A stretch of 16,476 nt of DNA from Acaryochloridaceae cyanobacterium VAR_48_metabat_390 (GTDB lineage: Bacteria > Cyanobacteriota > Cyanobacteriia > Thermosynechococcales > Thermosynechococcaceae), in assembly GCA_031422435.1 (NCBI GenBank), contig JANPLU010000029.1, positions 1 to 16,476 of the forward strand. The letters are read 5' to 3'. Below, one piece after another: positions 7,644 to 16,476 of the stretch (positions are counted from its first letter, which is position 1; each line of letters opens with the position of its first letter). The notes beneath the pieces were generated by a model that was not told the DNA's origin, did no database searches, and saw only the letters and a list, made by a program, of their open reading frames with translations. The position numbers were made by a program, and so were the translations under genes.

Positions 7644-7720
7644 ATTAATTGATCTTACTGGTAAGTCCAAATAGGGAGGTTGTGCGTCTGAGCGTTGTAT
7701 CGGTGTGCCGTCAGTAAAAT

Positions 7721-9952
7721 ATGGTCTATCCAACCTTAGAAGCGGTAACGCCCCCTGCGTTTGTTCAGACTGTATCAGCCCCAGTTCTGGCATTAGAGCT
7801 TCCTACTAAAAAAACCGCGCTACCCTCTAAGGCAACGCAGTTTTTGGGTTCTCTACCTAACACAAGTCCAGAAGCGGATGCGTCCATTTTGGGGCGCCCC
7901 CTTGCGGTGCCGCCGCCATTGCCTCAATCTTCCATTCGCTTCACCGTAACGCCAGTGCCGAGGGCGATCGCCACAGTTCAGGCTTCTACCTCCTCGTTTT
8001 TTGAGCGGCCTAATCGCTTGACGCTAGATGCGTCCTCCCCCCATCCTTTTAAGCACAAATTTCCGCAAAAAAAACTAGCTCAGGTCAGTTCTCCAGACCT
8101 TGCGCCAGACCCTGCTCCCCCCCCAACACCCGTTCCGGCGACCGTTCCTGCCCCTACCGCTGTCCCTCAGCCTAAAGCCAGCAGCAGCTCTTTTGTCGAA
8201 CTATCTGCTGATCGCCAAGAATATGATGCTGCTCAGCGGGCTTTAACTGCAGTCGGGAATGTATTGCTCAACTATCGCTCTGCGGTTCTCAAGGCAGATC
8301 GCGTTCAGACTTTAGCGGTTCAAAAGCGGGTATTTGCGGAGGGAAATGTCACGCTGACTCAGGGGGGGCAGATTTTGCAGGGCGATCGCCTAGAGTACCT
8401 GCTCGACCAAGAGCGTGGCATTTTGTTCAAACCACGAGGCATCATCAACCTCCCCTCAGCGAGCAGTGAGATTGCCCCTCCTACTCCTGGCACAACGGCA
8501 GTGGGCAGCAACCCACTCGCGGGTATCAAAGACTCTCTACAGCAGCCCAGCAGGCTTCCGGTGCGTTACCAAAGCGGTCAGCGCCTACGGTTTGAAGCAG
8601 ATCGGATTGAATTTACGGGGCAGACCTGGCAGGCCATCAATATTCGCATCACGAGCGACCCCTTTTCGCCGCCAGAGCTAGAGATAAGGGCAGATCAGGC
8701 TCAGCTTCGGCGGGTATCTGCCACAGAAGATGTTGTGACGCTCCAGCGCCCGCGCTTGGTATTTGATCAAAACATTAGCATTCCAATCCCCCGCTCTAAG
8801 GTTGTCTTAAGTCGTGAACGAACAAATCCTTTTGGCGTAGAGTTGGGGTTTGACGATCTTGATCGCGGGGGACTATTTCTAGGCCGTCAGTTCACGCCTT
8901 TCTCCTCTAGCAGCTTTAAACTTTCCATTACGCCTCAATTTTTTATAGAGCGAGCCATTTTCGATAGAGGCTTTAACCTATCATCCCCAGACCTCTATGG
9001 TCTAAATCTGCGGCTCAAAAGCGAGTTTGACCCCAAAACCAGCTTGGGAGCCTATGTTGCGCTACGCAGCGTTGACTTTACAGATGTTGCAAACAATGTT
9101 CGGGTAGGACTAAAGCTAGAGCGTAAAATTGGCGACAGTACACTTGCCTTTGAAGCGGCCTACCGCGAACGGATTGTAAACGGATCCTTGGGTGAGCAAG
9201 ATATTCAAAATCGCGTTGGGTTTACCTTCAGTACACCAACCCAGGTCATTGGCAAAACCGGCATTGAATTCAACTATCGCCTTGCGGCAGAACTGCTAGC
9301 GGCTAATACAGATCGCTTCGGAGGAATTGATCTGCTGAGCTTAGGTCGGTTCCAAGGCAGTGCCTCCATTCAGAGAGCCGTTGATTTATGGCGGGGCAAA
9401 ACCTTACCCCCCACGGCAACGGAGGGAATGAAGTATACGGCTGAGCCGATCCAGCCTTACGTTCGATTGGTGGGGGGACTCACTGGCGTGGTAAGTGGCT
9501 ACTCTAACGGCGATTCTCAAACCACGCTGATTGGAAGAATTCGGTTTGAGGGGCAGTTTGGTCACTTTTCCCGACGATATCTGGACTACACCGGATTTTT
9601 TCTTGGGTTTTCTCAAGGGGTTCAGATTGGCGAGTCGCCTTTTTTGTTTGACCGGGTGATTGATAGACAGGTGCTGTCCGCAGGTTTTTTGCAGCAGGTG
9701 TATGGCCCAGTTCGCCTAGGCTTTCAAACTTCGATTAATCTAGATACGGGTGAATTTTTTAATACGGATATTATTCTGGACTACAGCCGCCGCACTTACG
9801 GCCTAACCCTTCGCTATAATCCAAACTTGCAGATCGGCTCCATTGTGTTTCGCATCAATAGCTTTAACTGGGGCAGTAATCAAGACCTGCTGTCTAGTCC
9901 AGAAATTGGTGTGGTTGAGGCAGGCGTGGGTCAAACCAACAATCCATTTTAG
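7721..9952 (+). CDS. LPS-assembly protein LptD-like / DUF3769 outer-membrane protein
   Basis: 743 aa. OstA-like jellyroll region (VELSADRQEYD...A-x-GNV...LKADRV...AEGNV), I-x-IT-x-DPFSPPELE, G-x-D-x-x-DRGGL, beta-rich C-terminus (YSRRTYG). Position after psbI is usual in cyanobacteria. Confidence 0.85.
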   Translation: MVYPTLEAVTPPAFVQTVSAPVLALELPTKKTALPSKATQFLGSLPNTSPEADASILGRPLAVPPPLPQSSIRFTVTPVPRAIATVQASTSSFFERPNRLTLDASSPHPFKHKFPQKKLAQVSSPDLAPDPAPPPTPVPATVPAPTAVPQPKASSSSFVELSADRQEYDAAQRALTAVGNVLLNYRSAVLKADRVQTLAVQKRVFAEGNVTLTQGGQILQGDRLEYLLDQERGILFKPRGIINLPSASSEIAPPTPGTTAVGSNPLAGIKDSLQQPSRLPVRYQSGQRLRFEADRIEFTGQTWQAINIRITSDPFSPPELEIRADQAQLRRVSATEDVVTLQRPRLVFDQNISIPIPRSKVVLSRERTNPFGVELGFDDLDRGGLFLGRQFTPFSSSSFKLSITPQFFIERAIFDRGFNLSSPDLYGLNLRLKSEFDPKTSLGAYVALRSVDFTDVANNVRVGLKLERKIGDSTLAFEAAYRERIVNGSLGEQDIQNRVGFTFSTPTQVIGKTGIEFNYRLAAELLAANTDRFGGIDLLSLGRFQGSASIQRAVDLWRGKTLPPTATEGMKYTAEPIQPYVRLVGGLTGVVSGYSNGDSQTTLIGRIRFEGQFGHFSRRYLDYTGFFLGFSQGVQIGESPFLFDRVIDRQVLSAGFLQQVYGPVRLGFQTSINLDTGEFFNTDIILDYSRRTYGLTLRYNPNLQIGSIVFRINSFNWGSNQDLLSSPEIGVVEAGVGQTNNPF

Positions 9953-9980
9953 GGGTTCTTATTTTGCTGCTGTTACCTGC

Positions 9981-11102
9981 ATGAACGCTACTTTTTCTAC
10001 CCCTCCAGACCAGGATGATCGACACCGATTTTGGATGCAGCGCTGTTTGACGCTGGCTCGTCAAGGTCTAGGACGCACCGCGCCCAACCCTATGGTGGGC
10101 TGCGTGGTGGTCAAAGACGGTAAGGTCGTCGGAGAGGGGTTTCATCCCAAGGCAGGAGAGCCTCATGCTGAGGTGTTTGCGCTGAGGGCGGCGGGCGCTC
10201 GCGCTCGCAACGCCACTCTCTACGTGAGTCTAGAACCCTGCAGCCACTACGGTCGCACACCTCCCTGCTCTGAAGCAGTGATCCAGGCAGGGGTGGCGCG
10301 GGTGGTCGTGGGCATGGTGGATCCTGACCCGCGCGTGTCTGGCGGTGGCATTGAGCGGCTGAGGGCGGCTGGGGTTGAGGTGATGGTGGGGGTTGAAGCG
10401 CAAGACTGCCGCGATCTCAATGAGGCTTTTATCCATCGCATTACGCACCATAGACCCTTTGGGATCTTGAAGTATGCCATGACGCTAGATGGCAAAATTG
10501 CGACCACCAGTGGACATAGCGCCTGGGTCAGCAGCCCTGAAGCGCGCGCCCATGTCCATGGGCTGCGATCGCAGTGTGATGCGGTTATTATTGGCACCAA
10601 TACGCTCCGCCGCGATGACCCACAGCTTACTAGCCATCAGCCCGAGGACGGTAGCATGGCGGTTCACAACCCGCTTCGGGTGGTGATGAGTCGCTCGTTC
10701 GATCTGCCCATGCAGGCAAAGCTCTGGCAGACTGAAGCTGCACTGACGCTTGTACTCACAGAGGGGAATCCTGACGCTGAACGGCTAGCACAACTGCGCG
10801 ATCGCAATGTTGAAGTGATTGTGCTGCCTAAACTAACGCCGCAGGCCGCAATGGACTGCCTCTATGAACGCGGCTGCTCAACGGTGCTATGGGAATGTGG
10901 GGGGACGCTCTCGGCTCAGGCGATTGCCCAAGGCTGCATCCAGAAAGTGTTAGCCTTTATTGCGCCTAAGCTGATTGGTGGACAAACCGCACCTTCTCCG
11001 GTGGGAAACTTAGGGTTAACGCAGATGACGGATGCACTGCATTTAGAGCGCATTACGGCGGAATCTGTCGGGCAAGATTACCTGATATCTGGGTATCTTT
11101 AG
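9981..11102 (+). CDS. ribD: Bifunctional riboflavin biosynthesis deaminase/reductase RibD
   Basis: PNPMVGCV, HAE, LEPCSHYGRTPPC, KYAMTLDGKIA, LWECGG. ATG 9981 is preferred to the track's GTG 9843, which overlaps the upstream gene. Confidence 0.95.
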   Translation: MNATFSTPPDQDDRHRFWMQRCLTLARQGLGRTAPNPMVGCVVVKDGKVVGEGFHPKAGEPHAEVFALRAAGARARNATLYVSLEPCSHYGRTPPCSEAVIQAGVARVVVGMVDPDPRVSGGGIERLRAAGVEVMVGVEAQDCRDLNEAFIHRITHHRPFGILKYAMTLDGKIATTSGHSAWVSSPEARAHVHGLRSQCDAVIIGTNTLRRDDPQLTSHQPEDGSMAVHNPLRVVMSRSFDLPMQAKLWQTEAALTLVLTEGNPDAERLAQLRDRNVEVIVLPKLTPQAAMDCLYERGCSTVLWECGGTLSAQAIAQGCIQKVLAFIAPKLIGGQTAPSPVGNLGLTQMTDALHLERITAESVGQDYLISGYL

Positions 11103-11109
11103 TGAGTTG

Positions 11110-12024
11110 CTAGCGCAAAAGCAGCAATAGGCTAACGCCGATAAGGGCGATCGCCGAGCCAATCCAAGACCGCACACTGACCGACTGACCTGCCAAACGC
11201 GCCATGACTAAAATAAAAAGCGGACTGGTTGCCAGCAGGGTTTGCGCAATTCCCACAGGGGCATACTTAAAGCCAATTTGCTGAAACCAAATGCCGAGAT
11301 AGGTTCCTAAAAAAGCTGCGCCCACGAGGGGCAACCCGATCGCTTGATGCCCCAATTGCTGCCACCCCTTTAGCGCTCTAGGCTTAACAAGCAAAACAAT
11401 CATTAAGCTCACAACCCCAGCACCTAATCGAATAAGTGCCCCCCACAGTGGCGTAATGGTGGTTTCTGCTAACGCCCCGCGAGACAACAACGCACTAACG
11501 GCAAAGATGAGAACCGAAATGAGTCCCAATACGACGCCGCGAATCATCTGTGATCGCACAACCGGAACAGCACCATTACCCGCTCGTTCCTGAATCACCC
11601 AGGCAATTCCGGCAAGGGTTAAGCCCATGCCCACCCATGCCCACCGCGAGAGTGATTCTTGAAGTAAAAATAAAGCTAAAACGGCTGTTACCGAGGGCGT
11701 TAGTACACCAAACAAAAGCGTGAGGCGCACACCCAAATATCGTAGGGTTTCAAAATAAAGCGTATCGCCGAGGCCAATCCCGACCACTCCACTCAGACTG
11801 AGCGCAATGAACGGCATCAGCGGGAGTTGGGGGATAGGCTCTGCATTAATGGCAAGCGTGAGAATCAATAGCGCTACTGCCACAAGACCCTTGCTGAGAT
11901 TTAGCAGCAGAGGCGATAGCGTCTGACCCAGCTTGGAATAAATGGCTGACGCGATCGCCCAGGCAAAAGCTGCACCGAGCGCCGCAAGTTCTCCAAGCGC
12001 CAATCCGGTCGGAATGTTCAACAA
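11110..12024 (-). CDS. DMT superfamily (EamA) transporter
   Basis: 304 aa, about 10 hydrophobic segments in two EamA repeats (GIGLGDTLYF, LxE, GTYLGIWFQQ, TSPLF). TTG start 7 nt after the hemB stop; the start is uncertain. Confidence 0.88.
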   Translation of the reverse strand: MLNIPTGLALGELAALGAAFAWAIASAIYSKLGQTLSPLLLNLSKGLVAVALLILTLAINAEPIPQLPLMPFIALSLSGVVGIGLGDTLYFETLRYLGVRLTLLFGVLTPSVTAVLALFLLQESLSRWAWVGMGLTLAGIAWVIQERAGNGAVPVVRSQMIRGVVLGLISVLIFAVSALLSRGALAETTITPLWGALIRLGAGVVSLMIVLLVKPRALKGWQQLGHQAIGLPLVGAAFLGTYLGIWFQQIGFKYAPVGIAQTLLATSPLFILVMARLAGQSVSVRSWIGSAIALIGVSLLLLLR

Positions 12025-12031
12025 ACGTGGA

Positions 12032-13015
12032 CTATTGCCTCAACCAGCGGGCAGCATCTTTGGCATGATAGGTCAGAATCATATCGGCTCCAGCACGCTT
12101 AAAGCTGGTGAGGGTTTCTAAAACAATCCGCTCCTCATCCACCCAGCCGTTGAGGGCTGCAGCCTTGACCATTGCATATTCTCCAGAGACGTTATATGCG
12201 GCGACAGGTAAGTTACACGCCTGTTTGACCTGCCAAATAATGTCCATATAAGAAAGCGCTGGCTTCACCATCAGCATGTCTGCGCCTTCGGCAATATCTA
12301 GCTCAATTTCTTTGATGGCCTCTCGCGAATTGGACGGATCCATCTGGTAGGTGCGGCGATCGCCAAACTGAGGCGTAGAGTCTGCCGCGTCACGGAATGG
12401 CCCGTAGTAGGCCGAAGCGTACTTCGCAGCGTAAGACATGATCGGAATATCTTCAAACCCTGCCTCGTCTAAGCCAGATCGAATCGCCTGTACAAACCCA
12501 TCCATCATGCCAGAGGGCGCAATGATATCAGCCCCCGCTTGAGCTTGAGAGACCGCCGTTTTTTTGAGTAGTTCTAACGTTGGATCGTTGAGGACGCGTC
12601 CGGTTAAGTCTCCCACTTTTAGATAGCCACAGTGTCCGTGGGAGGTGTACTCGCACAGACAGGTATCCACCATCACTACCAAATCCGGTACGGCAGCCTT
12701 CACGGCGGCAGTTGCCCTCTGGACAATGCCACAGTCGTGCCATGCTCCGGTCGCGTCAATATCTTTTTCTGCTGGGATACCAAACAAAATTATGGAGGGG
12801 ATGCCTAAGTCATAGACCTGCTTTGCCTCATCCACAATCTTATCAATGGAGAGCTGATACACCCCAGGCATGGATACTACTTCGGTCGCAACGCCTTCCC
12901 CTGGAACAGCAAACAACGGATAAATTAGGTCATTTGTGGTTAAGACGGTCTCTTGCACCATCCGACGCAGTTGAGGGTTGCTTCGTAGGCGACGGGGACG
13001 ATGGGTCGGAAACAT
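12032..13015 (-). CDS. hemB: Porphobilinogen synthase (ALA dehydratase)
   Basis: 327 aa. RPRRLR, Zn-binding [45 protein letters not shown]. Confidence 0.98.
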   Translation of the reverse strand: MFPTHRPRRLRSNPQLRRMVQETVLTTNDLIYPLFAVPGEGVATEVVSMPGVYQLSIDKIVDEAKQVYDLGIPSIILFGIPAEKDIDATGAWHDCGIVQRATAAVKAAVPDLVVMVDTCLCEYTSHGHCGYLKVGDLTGRVLNDPTLELLKKTAVSQAQAGADIIAPSGMMDGFVQAIRSGLDEAGFEDIPIMSYAAKYASAYYGPFRDAADSTPQFGDRRTYQMDPSNSREAIKEIELDIAEGADMLMVKPALSYMDIIWQVKQACNLPVAAYNVSGEYAMVKAAALNGWVDEERIVLETLTSFKRAGADMILTYHAKDAARWLRQ

Positions 13016-13098
13016 AGTGCAGGGCTACAAATTTAGCGATTAGGCTCAGGCTCTCATCTTAATGCAGTTTCAAGGACTGACTCAATATAGAGATTTGG

Positions 13099-13116
13099 GC
13101 TGTAATGATTTGTAAG
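13099..13116 (-). promoter_or_regulatory. HLR1-like (RpaB) direct repeat upstream of hemB
   Basis: Minus strand CTTACAAA-TC-ATTACAGC keeps the TTACA-N5-TTACA core. Candidate -10 TAAGAT at 13056-13061. Confidence 0.4.
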
Positions 13117-13326
13117 GCAAATTATCCAGAGGATGGTGACGATCACCTCCACTGCCAGCCTTTATCTCAGACAATTCTTAGGCCAGAGGCGGAAAGAAAG
13201 AAGAGTGGTCGCTAAGCCACATAGTCAGAACCTACCCTTAAACTGGATATCAATTCAAGTCGCGTCCCGAATTTAGGTCTGGAAGAAAAGTTTAGCCAAT
13301 AGGCATCTCACTTTTGATTAACTCAT

Positions 13327-13359
13327 AAAATCCCAAAGGCTAACAGACACCTGTTAGCC
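13327..13359 (-). terminator. Intrinsic terminator-like hairpin after ycf4-cyclophilin
   Basis: Minus strand GGCTAACAG-GTGT-CTGTTAGCC, perfect 9-bp stem, then TTTGGGATTTT; 36 nt after the stop. Confidence 0.65.
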
Positions 13360-13395
13360 AATTCTGTACATAACTCGACTGATTGACGCTCAGGC

Positions 13396-14163
13396 TTAAG
13401 GCTTCAGATTCTCTAATCCTGTCGTCACTTTGGCAGACTCAATCTTGTCACCCTGCTGAATCTGATCTACCGTTTCGATGCCGCTTTGGACAACACCAAA
13501 TACGGCATAGTCGCCGTCTAGACTTGCTGTGCCCGCCGTATCCAGAGAAATATAAAACTGGCTAGAAGCAGAATCTGGCATCATTGACCGCGCCATTGCC
13601 ACAGCACCCCGCACATGTTTCAGCTTAGGCGGCTGCGTCACACCCGCAGACTTAAGGGTTTTACCCAAGGTGGGGGCACTTGCACCCTCCGCCCAAATCT
13701 CTAGAGGAATATCACGAGGCTGTTTGGTTTTTGGATCGATAAACCCGCCCGTCCCCACAGGCCCAGGGGGATTTTGAAGCTTGCTGTAGGGGTCTCCACC
13801 TTGGGCGACAAACCCAGGGACCACTCTATGAAACGCGGTGCCGTCGTAAAAGCCGCGATTCACGAGATCAACAAAATTCCCTGCGGTCATCGGAGCATCC
13901 GTACCGTTAACCTCAATAGTAATGGGCTTACCCTTCACCGTTAACACAACCGTCGCTTTACCACTCAGCTTAGGCAGCGCGCTGGTCGCGGCTGCAACGG
14001 GGCTTTCTGCACCCCCTAGTGCAGGCGCAACGGATGCACTGAGGGTGGCAGATCCAGTGTTAGCAGCAGAAGAGACAGACTCAGTTGGGTCGCCACAAGA
14101 GGTTAGCAATGTCGCAAAAAGGGCGATCGCCACTAAAGGTCGAGCCACGTAGTAATTAACCAT
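13396..14163 (-). CDS. Cyclophilin-type peptidyl-prolyl cis-trans isomerase, predicted lipoprotein
   Basis: [41 protein letters not shown]; lipobox LLTSC. The start could be 14163, 14178 or 14187. Confidence 0.92.
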   Translation of the reverse strand: MVNYYVARPLVAIALFATLLTSCGDPTESVSSAANTGSATLSASVAPALGGAESPVAAATSALPKLSGKATVVLTVKGKPITIEVNGTDAPMTAGNFVDLVNRGFYDGTAFHRVVPGFVAQGGDPYSKLQNPPGPVGTGGFIDPKTKQPRDIPLEIWAEGASAPTLGKTLKSAGVTQPPKLKHVRGAVAMARSMMPDSASSQFYISLDTAGTASLDGDYAVFGVVQSGIETVDQIQQGDKIESAKVTTGLENLKP

Positions 14164-14223
14164 AGTCAAAACAATCATCTCTCTCAAAAAAACAAACAGA
14201 GGCTAAAGAACATCAGCAAGTTC

Positions 14224-14787
14224 TTATAGCCCTTCCATCGGCACACCTGCAAACCGCGCAATTTCTGCGGCCTGATCTTCAATCTGAGAAATCGGCAGCG
14301 GCTGCCCAACGCGCGTAAGGGGAATATCACCACGCCCCTTAATTTTGAGGTAAAGCGCACGTTTGGGATTTAGCCCCTCTCGAATGGCAACGCGCACAGA
14401 CTGGACATCGCTGAGGCGACAGGTAAACTCTACAACACGGTTTTTGCCAGGATAGCCGCGCCTAAAAATCTTAGCCTGACCTGATGCGCGGTCAAATTCG
14501 TTATAGCCACCGCCTACATCCCAAAGCACCGTCAGCCAGAGATAGGTTGCCAGCAGCGTGCCCGCAACGCCATAAAAACCCATCGCAAGCCCCTGGGGCA
14601 CAAAAATGAGGTCAACGGCATTTCCAATCGGCAAAAAGTTGACTTTGAAGTAGCTAGACAAGCCTGCCAGCAAAAAACCACCCCCACCAATGGAGATGAT
14701 GGTGGCCCACCAATAGTTGCTAAAGCGCCTAGCGCCCAGCACGTCGTAGCGTAAAACGGTTTTGTCTTGAGCAACTTGAGCAGCCAT
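14224..14787 (-). CDS. ycf4: Photosystem I assembly protein Ycf4
   Basis: 187 aa. GARRFSNYWWA, FVPQGLAMGFYG, WDVGGGYNEF, FRRGYPGKNR, IPLTRVGQP. Confidence 0.97.
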   Translation of the reverse strand: MAAQVAQDKTVLRYDVLGARRFSNYWWATIISIGGGGFLLAGLSSYFKVNFLPIGNAVDLIFVPQGLAMGFYGVAGTLLATYLWLTVLWDVGGGYNEFDRASGQAKIFRRGYPGKNRVVEFTCRLSDVQSVRVAIREGLNPKRALYLKIKGRGDIPLTRVGQPLPISQIEDQAAEIARFAGVPMEGL

Positions 14788-15001
14788 AAAACACTTAACG
14801 AGAAAACACTGAACGAGCTGATATCAAAATATCTTTGCCTCTAAGTATAAGTTGCCAGCAGTGCAGATACCGCAAAATGTTGCGCATCGCATTCAACACA
14901 AACGATATCGGCTTCAGGCAAGCCTATAACCAGCGAAAGATGCCCAATTACATTGCATCCCACCAAATCTGAGTGCAAACACCTCATTGCCCAGAAATTA
15001 T

Positions 15002-15019
15002 TTTACATTTCTTCACAAT
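15002..15019 (+). promoter_or_regulatory. HLR1-like (RpaB) site in the divergent ycf4/psbD promoter region
   Basis: TTTACATT-TC-TTCACAAT has one mismatch to (G/T)TTACA(T/A)(T/A)-N2-(G/T)TTACA(T/A)(T/A). Confidence 0.55.
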
Positions 15020-15505
15020 CCTAAAGAATGCATTAAGCGTTATGTGTCCGTTGACGGTGAGTTCATTTTCTTTCGTTGCTTGTAGAGTATAGTTTTCATG
15101 CGTTTTTAGGCGCTAAACCAGGGATGTTGAAAATCAGCTTATGGCCTTGCTTAACAGACTCATAACTTGATATTTCGTAAGAATTCCGTTATCTAATGGT
15201 TAAGTAACTCAATCATATTGGCTGCTCCATCTCTGAAAAGTGCGCAGACTGGGTTCGATTAGAGAGAGATAAGCTTTTGGTCGCCTATCTTTTTCAAAAC
15301 CGTTCCCAGACGACGCTGTAGCCTTTACAGTAGGTAGAAGGATCTATTGGCACTCTAGAATTTCATTAAGCTTTCAGAGCTTTGTGGTTTTGCTAGCTGC
15401 TGGGTCTAGATTGCCAGGGTCTCTCATTTTTGATAGATCCCTAATGGAATCAAAATTAATTGATGGCCTTGCGGCGTTTTATTTGAAGCAAGAGGGTTTA
15501 GTTCC

Positions 15506-16476
15506 ATGACCATAGCAATGGGGCGCGTGCCAGAGAGAGGCGTCTTCGACGTCATTGATGACTGGCTCAAGCGCGATCGCTTCGTATTTGTGGGCTGGTC
15601 TGGTCTGCTGCTGTTCCCCTGTGCCTTCATGGCACTGGGCGGCTGGCTCACCGCCACCACTTTTGTCACCTCCTGGTATACCCACGGACTCGCTAGCTCC
15701 TACTTAGAAGGCGCTAACTTTATTACCGTGGCACTTTCTACCCCCGCCAACACCATGGGTCACTCCCTGCTGTTGCTCTGGGGGCCTGAAGCCCAAGGCA
15801 ACCTCACCCGCTGGTTTCAGCTCGGTGGCCTATGGCCTTTTGTGGCCTTTCACGGTGCTTTTGCACTCATTGGGTTCATGCTGCGGCAGTTTGAGATTGC
15901 GCGACTTGTCGGCATTCGTCCCTACAATGCGATCGCATTCTCTGGCCCAATTGCGGTATTTGTCTCGGTCTTTTTGATTTACCCCCTCGGACAATCGAGC
16001 TGGTTCTTTGCGCCCAGCTTTGGAGTTGCTGGCATTTTCCGATTCATTCTATTTATTCAAGGGTTCCATAACTTCACGCTCAACCCCTTTCACATGATGG
16101 GCGTTGCGGGAGTATTGGGTGGTGCATTGCTCTGTGCCATTCATGGTGCAACCGTTGAAAACACCTTGTTTGAAGATGGTGAAGAGTCCAACACCTTTTC
16201 AGCATTTACGCCCACCCAGTCTGAAGAGACGTATTCGATGGTGACAGCGAACCGATTCTGGTCCCAGATATTCGGGATTGCGTTTTCTAACAAACGCTGG
16301 CTGCACTTCTTCATGCTGTTTGTGCCCGTGACGGGATTGTGGATGGCTTCTATCGGCATTATTGGGATTGCGCTGAACCTGCGGTCTTATGACTTCATCA
16401 GTCAAGAGATTCGGGCAGCAGAAGACCCTGAGTTTGAGACGTTCTACACGAAGAACATTCTGCTCAACGAAGGTCT
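15506..16476 (+). CDS. psbD: Photosystem II D2 protein, 3'-truncated by the window edge
   Basis: Manual translation [33 protein letters not shown]...[15 protein letters not shown]...[10 protein letters not shown]...[18 protein letters not shown] gives 323 open codons. Tyr-D (15980-15982) and His189 are intact. GAGG lies upstream of the ATG. Missing from the ORF track because there is no stop in the window. Confidence 0.99.
   Translation, partial: MTIAMGRVPERGVFDVIDDWLKRDRFVFVGWSGLLLFPCAFMALGGWLTATTFVTSWYTHGLASSYLEGANFITVALSTPANTMGHSLLLLWGPEAQGNLTRWFQLGGLWPFVAFHGAFALIGFMLRQFEIARLVGIRPYNAIAFSGPIAVFVSVFLIYPLGQSSWFFAPSFGVAGIFRFILFIQGFHNFTLNPFHMMGVAGVLGGALLCAIHGATVENTLFEDGEESNTFSAFTPTQSEETYSMVTANRFWSQIFGIAFSNKRWLHFFMLFVPVTGLWMASIGIIGIALNLRSYDFISQEIRAAEDPEFETFYTKNILLNEG

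Larger units (their letters stand above)
3945..15936. repeat. Dispersed HIP1 octamers (GCGATCGC)
   Basis: Seen starting at 3945, 4004, 5804, 6822, 7071, 7203, 7964, 8382, 10565, 11147, 11951, 12356, 14123, 15573 and 15929. None seen in 1-3286. Confidence 0.9.

Noticed and set aside
7596..7793. 65-aa minus-strand ORF between psbI and the LptD-like gene
   Set aside because: It overlaps the LptD-like start and the psbI 3' hairpin, with no coding signature.
9843..9980. ORF-track N-terminal extension of ribD from GTG 9843
   Set aside because: It overlaps the LptD-like gene by 110 nt and does not resemble RibD. ATG 9981 gives a normal length.
15316..15330. CTGTA-GCCTT-TACAG as an NtcA site
   Set aside because: The spacing is GTA-N5-TAC, not the required GTA-N8-TAC.
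3888..16405. Many short ORFs nested in or antisense to hpnJ, COP23, the 512-aa gene, the LptD-like gene, ribD, hemB, cyclophilin, ycf4 and psbD
   Set aside because: They are shadow frames of well-supported genes and carry no domain signatures.
15506..16476. Far-red (FaRLiP) psbD3
   Set aside because: Position 191 is Phe rather than Tyr, and the gene sits at the ordinary ycf4-divergent locus with no FaRLiP genes in the window.
1..16476. CRISPR array, tRNA or rRNA genes
   Set aside because: No regularly spaced repeats, cloverleaf or rRNA-like sequence was seen in the intergenic regions.

Overview
Cyanobacterial chromosome segment: at least 15 HIP1 octamers (GCGATCGC) plus photosystem genes. 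It has two parts. (1) About 1-3240 is an AT-rich, HIP1-free accessory islet. It holds the 3' end and right inverted repeat of an IS1-family element and a minus-strand pair: an ABC/AAA_15-type ATPase (DUF3696-like C-terminus) and an uncharacterised 376-aa protein with OLD-type TOPRIM motifs, a PIN-like N-terminus and a periodic Cys cluster. This pair is the best candidate for an undescribed or variant PARIS/split-OLD-like anti-phage system. (2) About 3287-16476 is core genome: hpnJ, a COP23-domain protein, a conserved hypothetical protein, psbI, an LptD/DUF3769 protein, ribD, an EamA transporter, hemB, a cyclophilin, ycf4 and psbD (runs off the window). psbI and psbD are absent from the ORF track. 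D2 carries unusual substitutions (W191F, R233S). All family calls come from reading motifs by eye; no database search was run.
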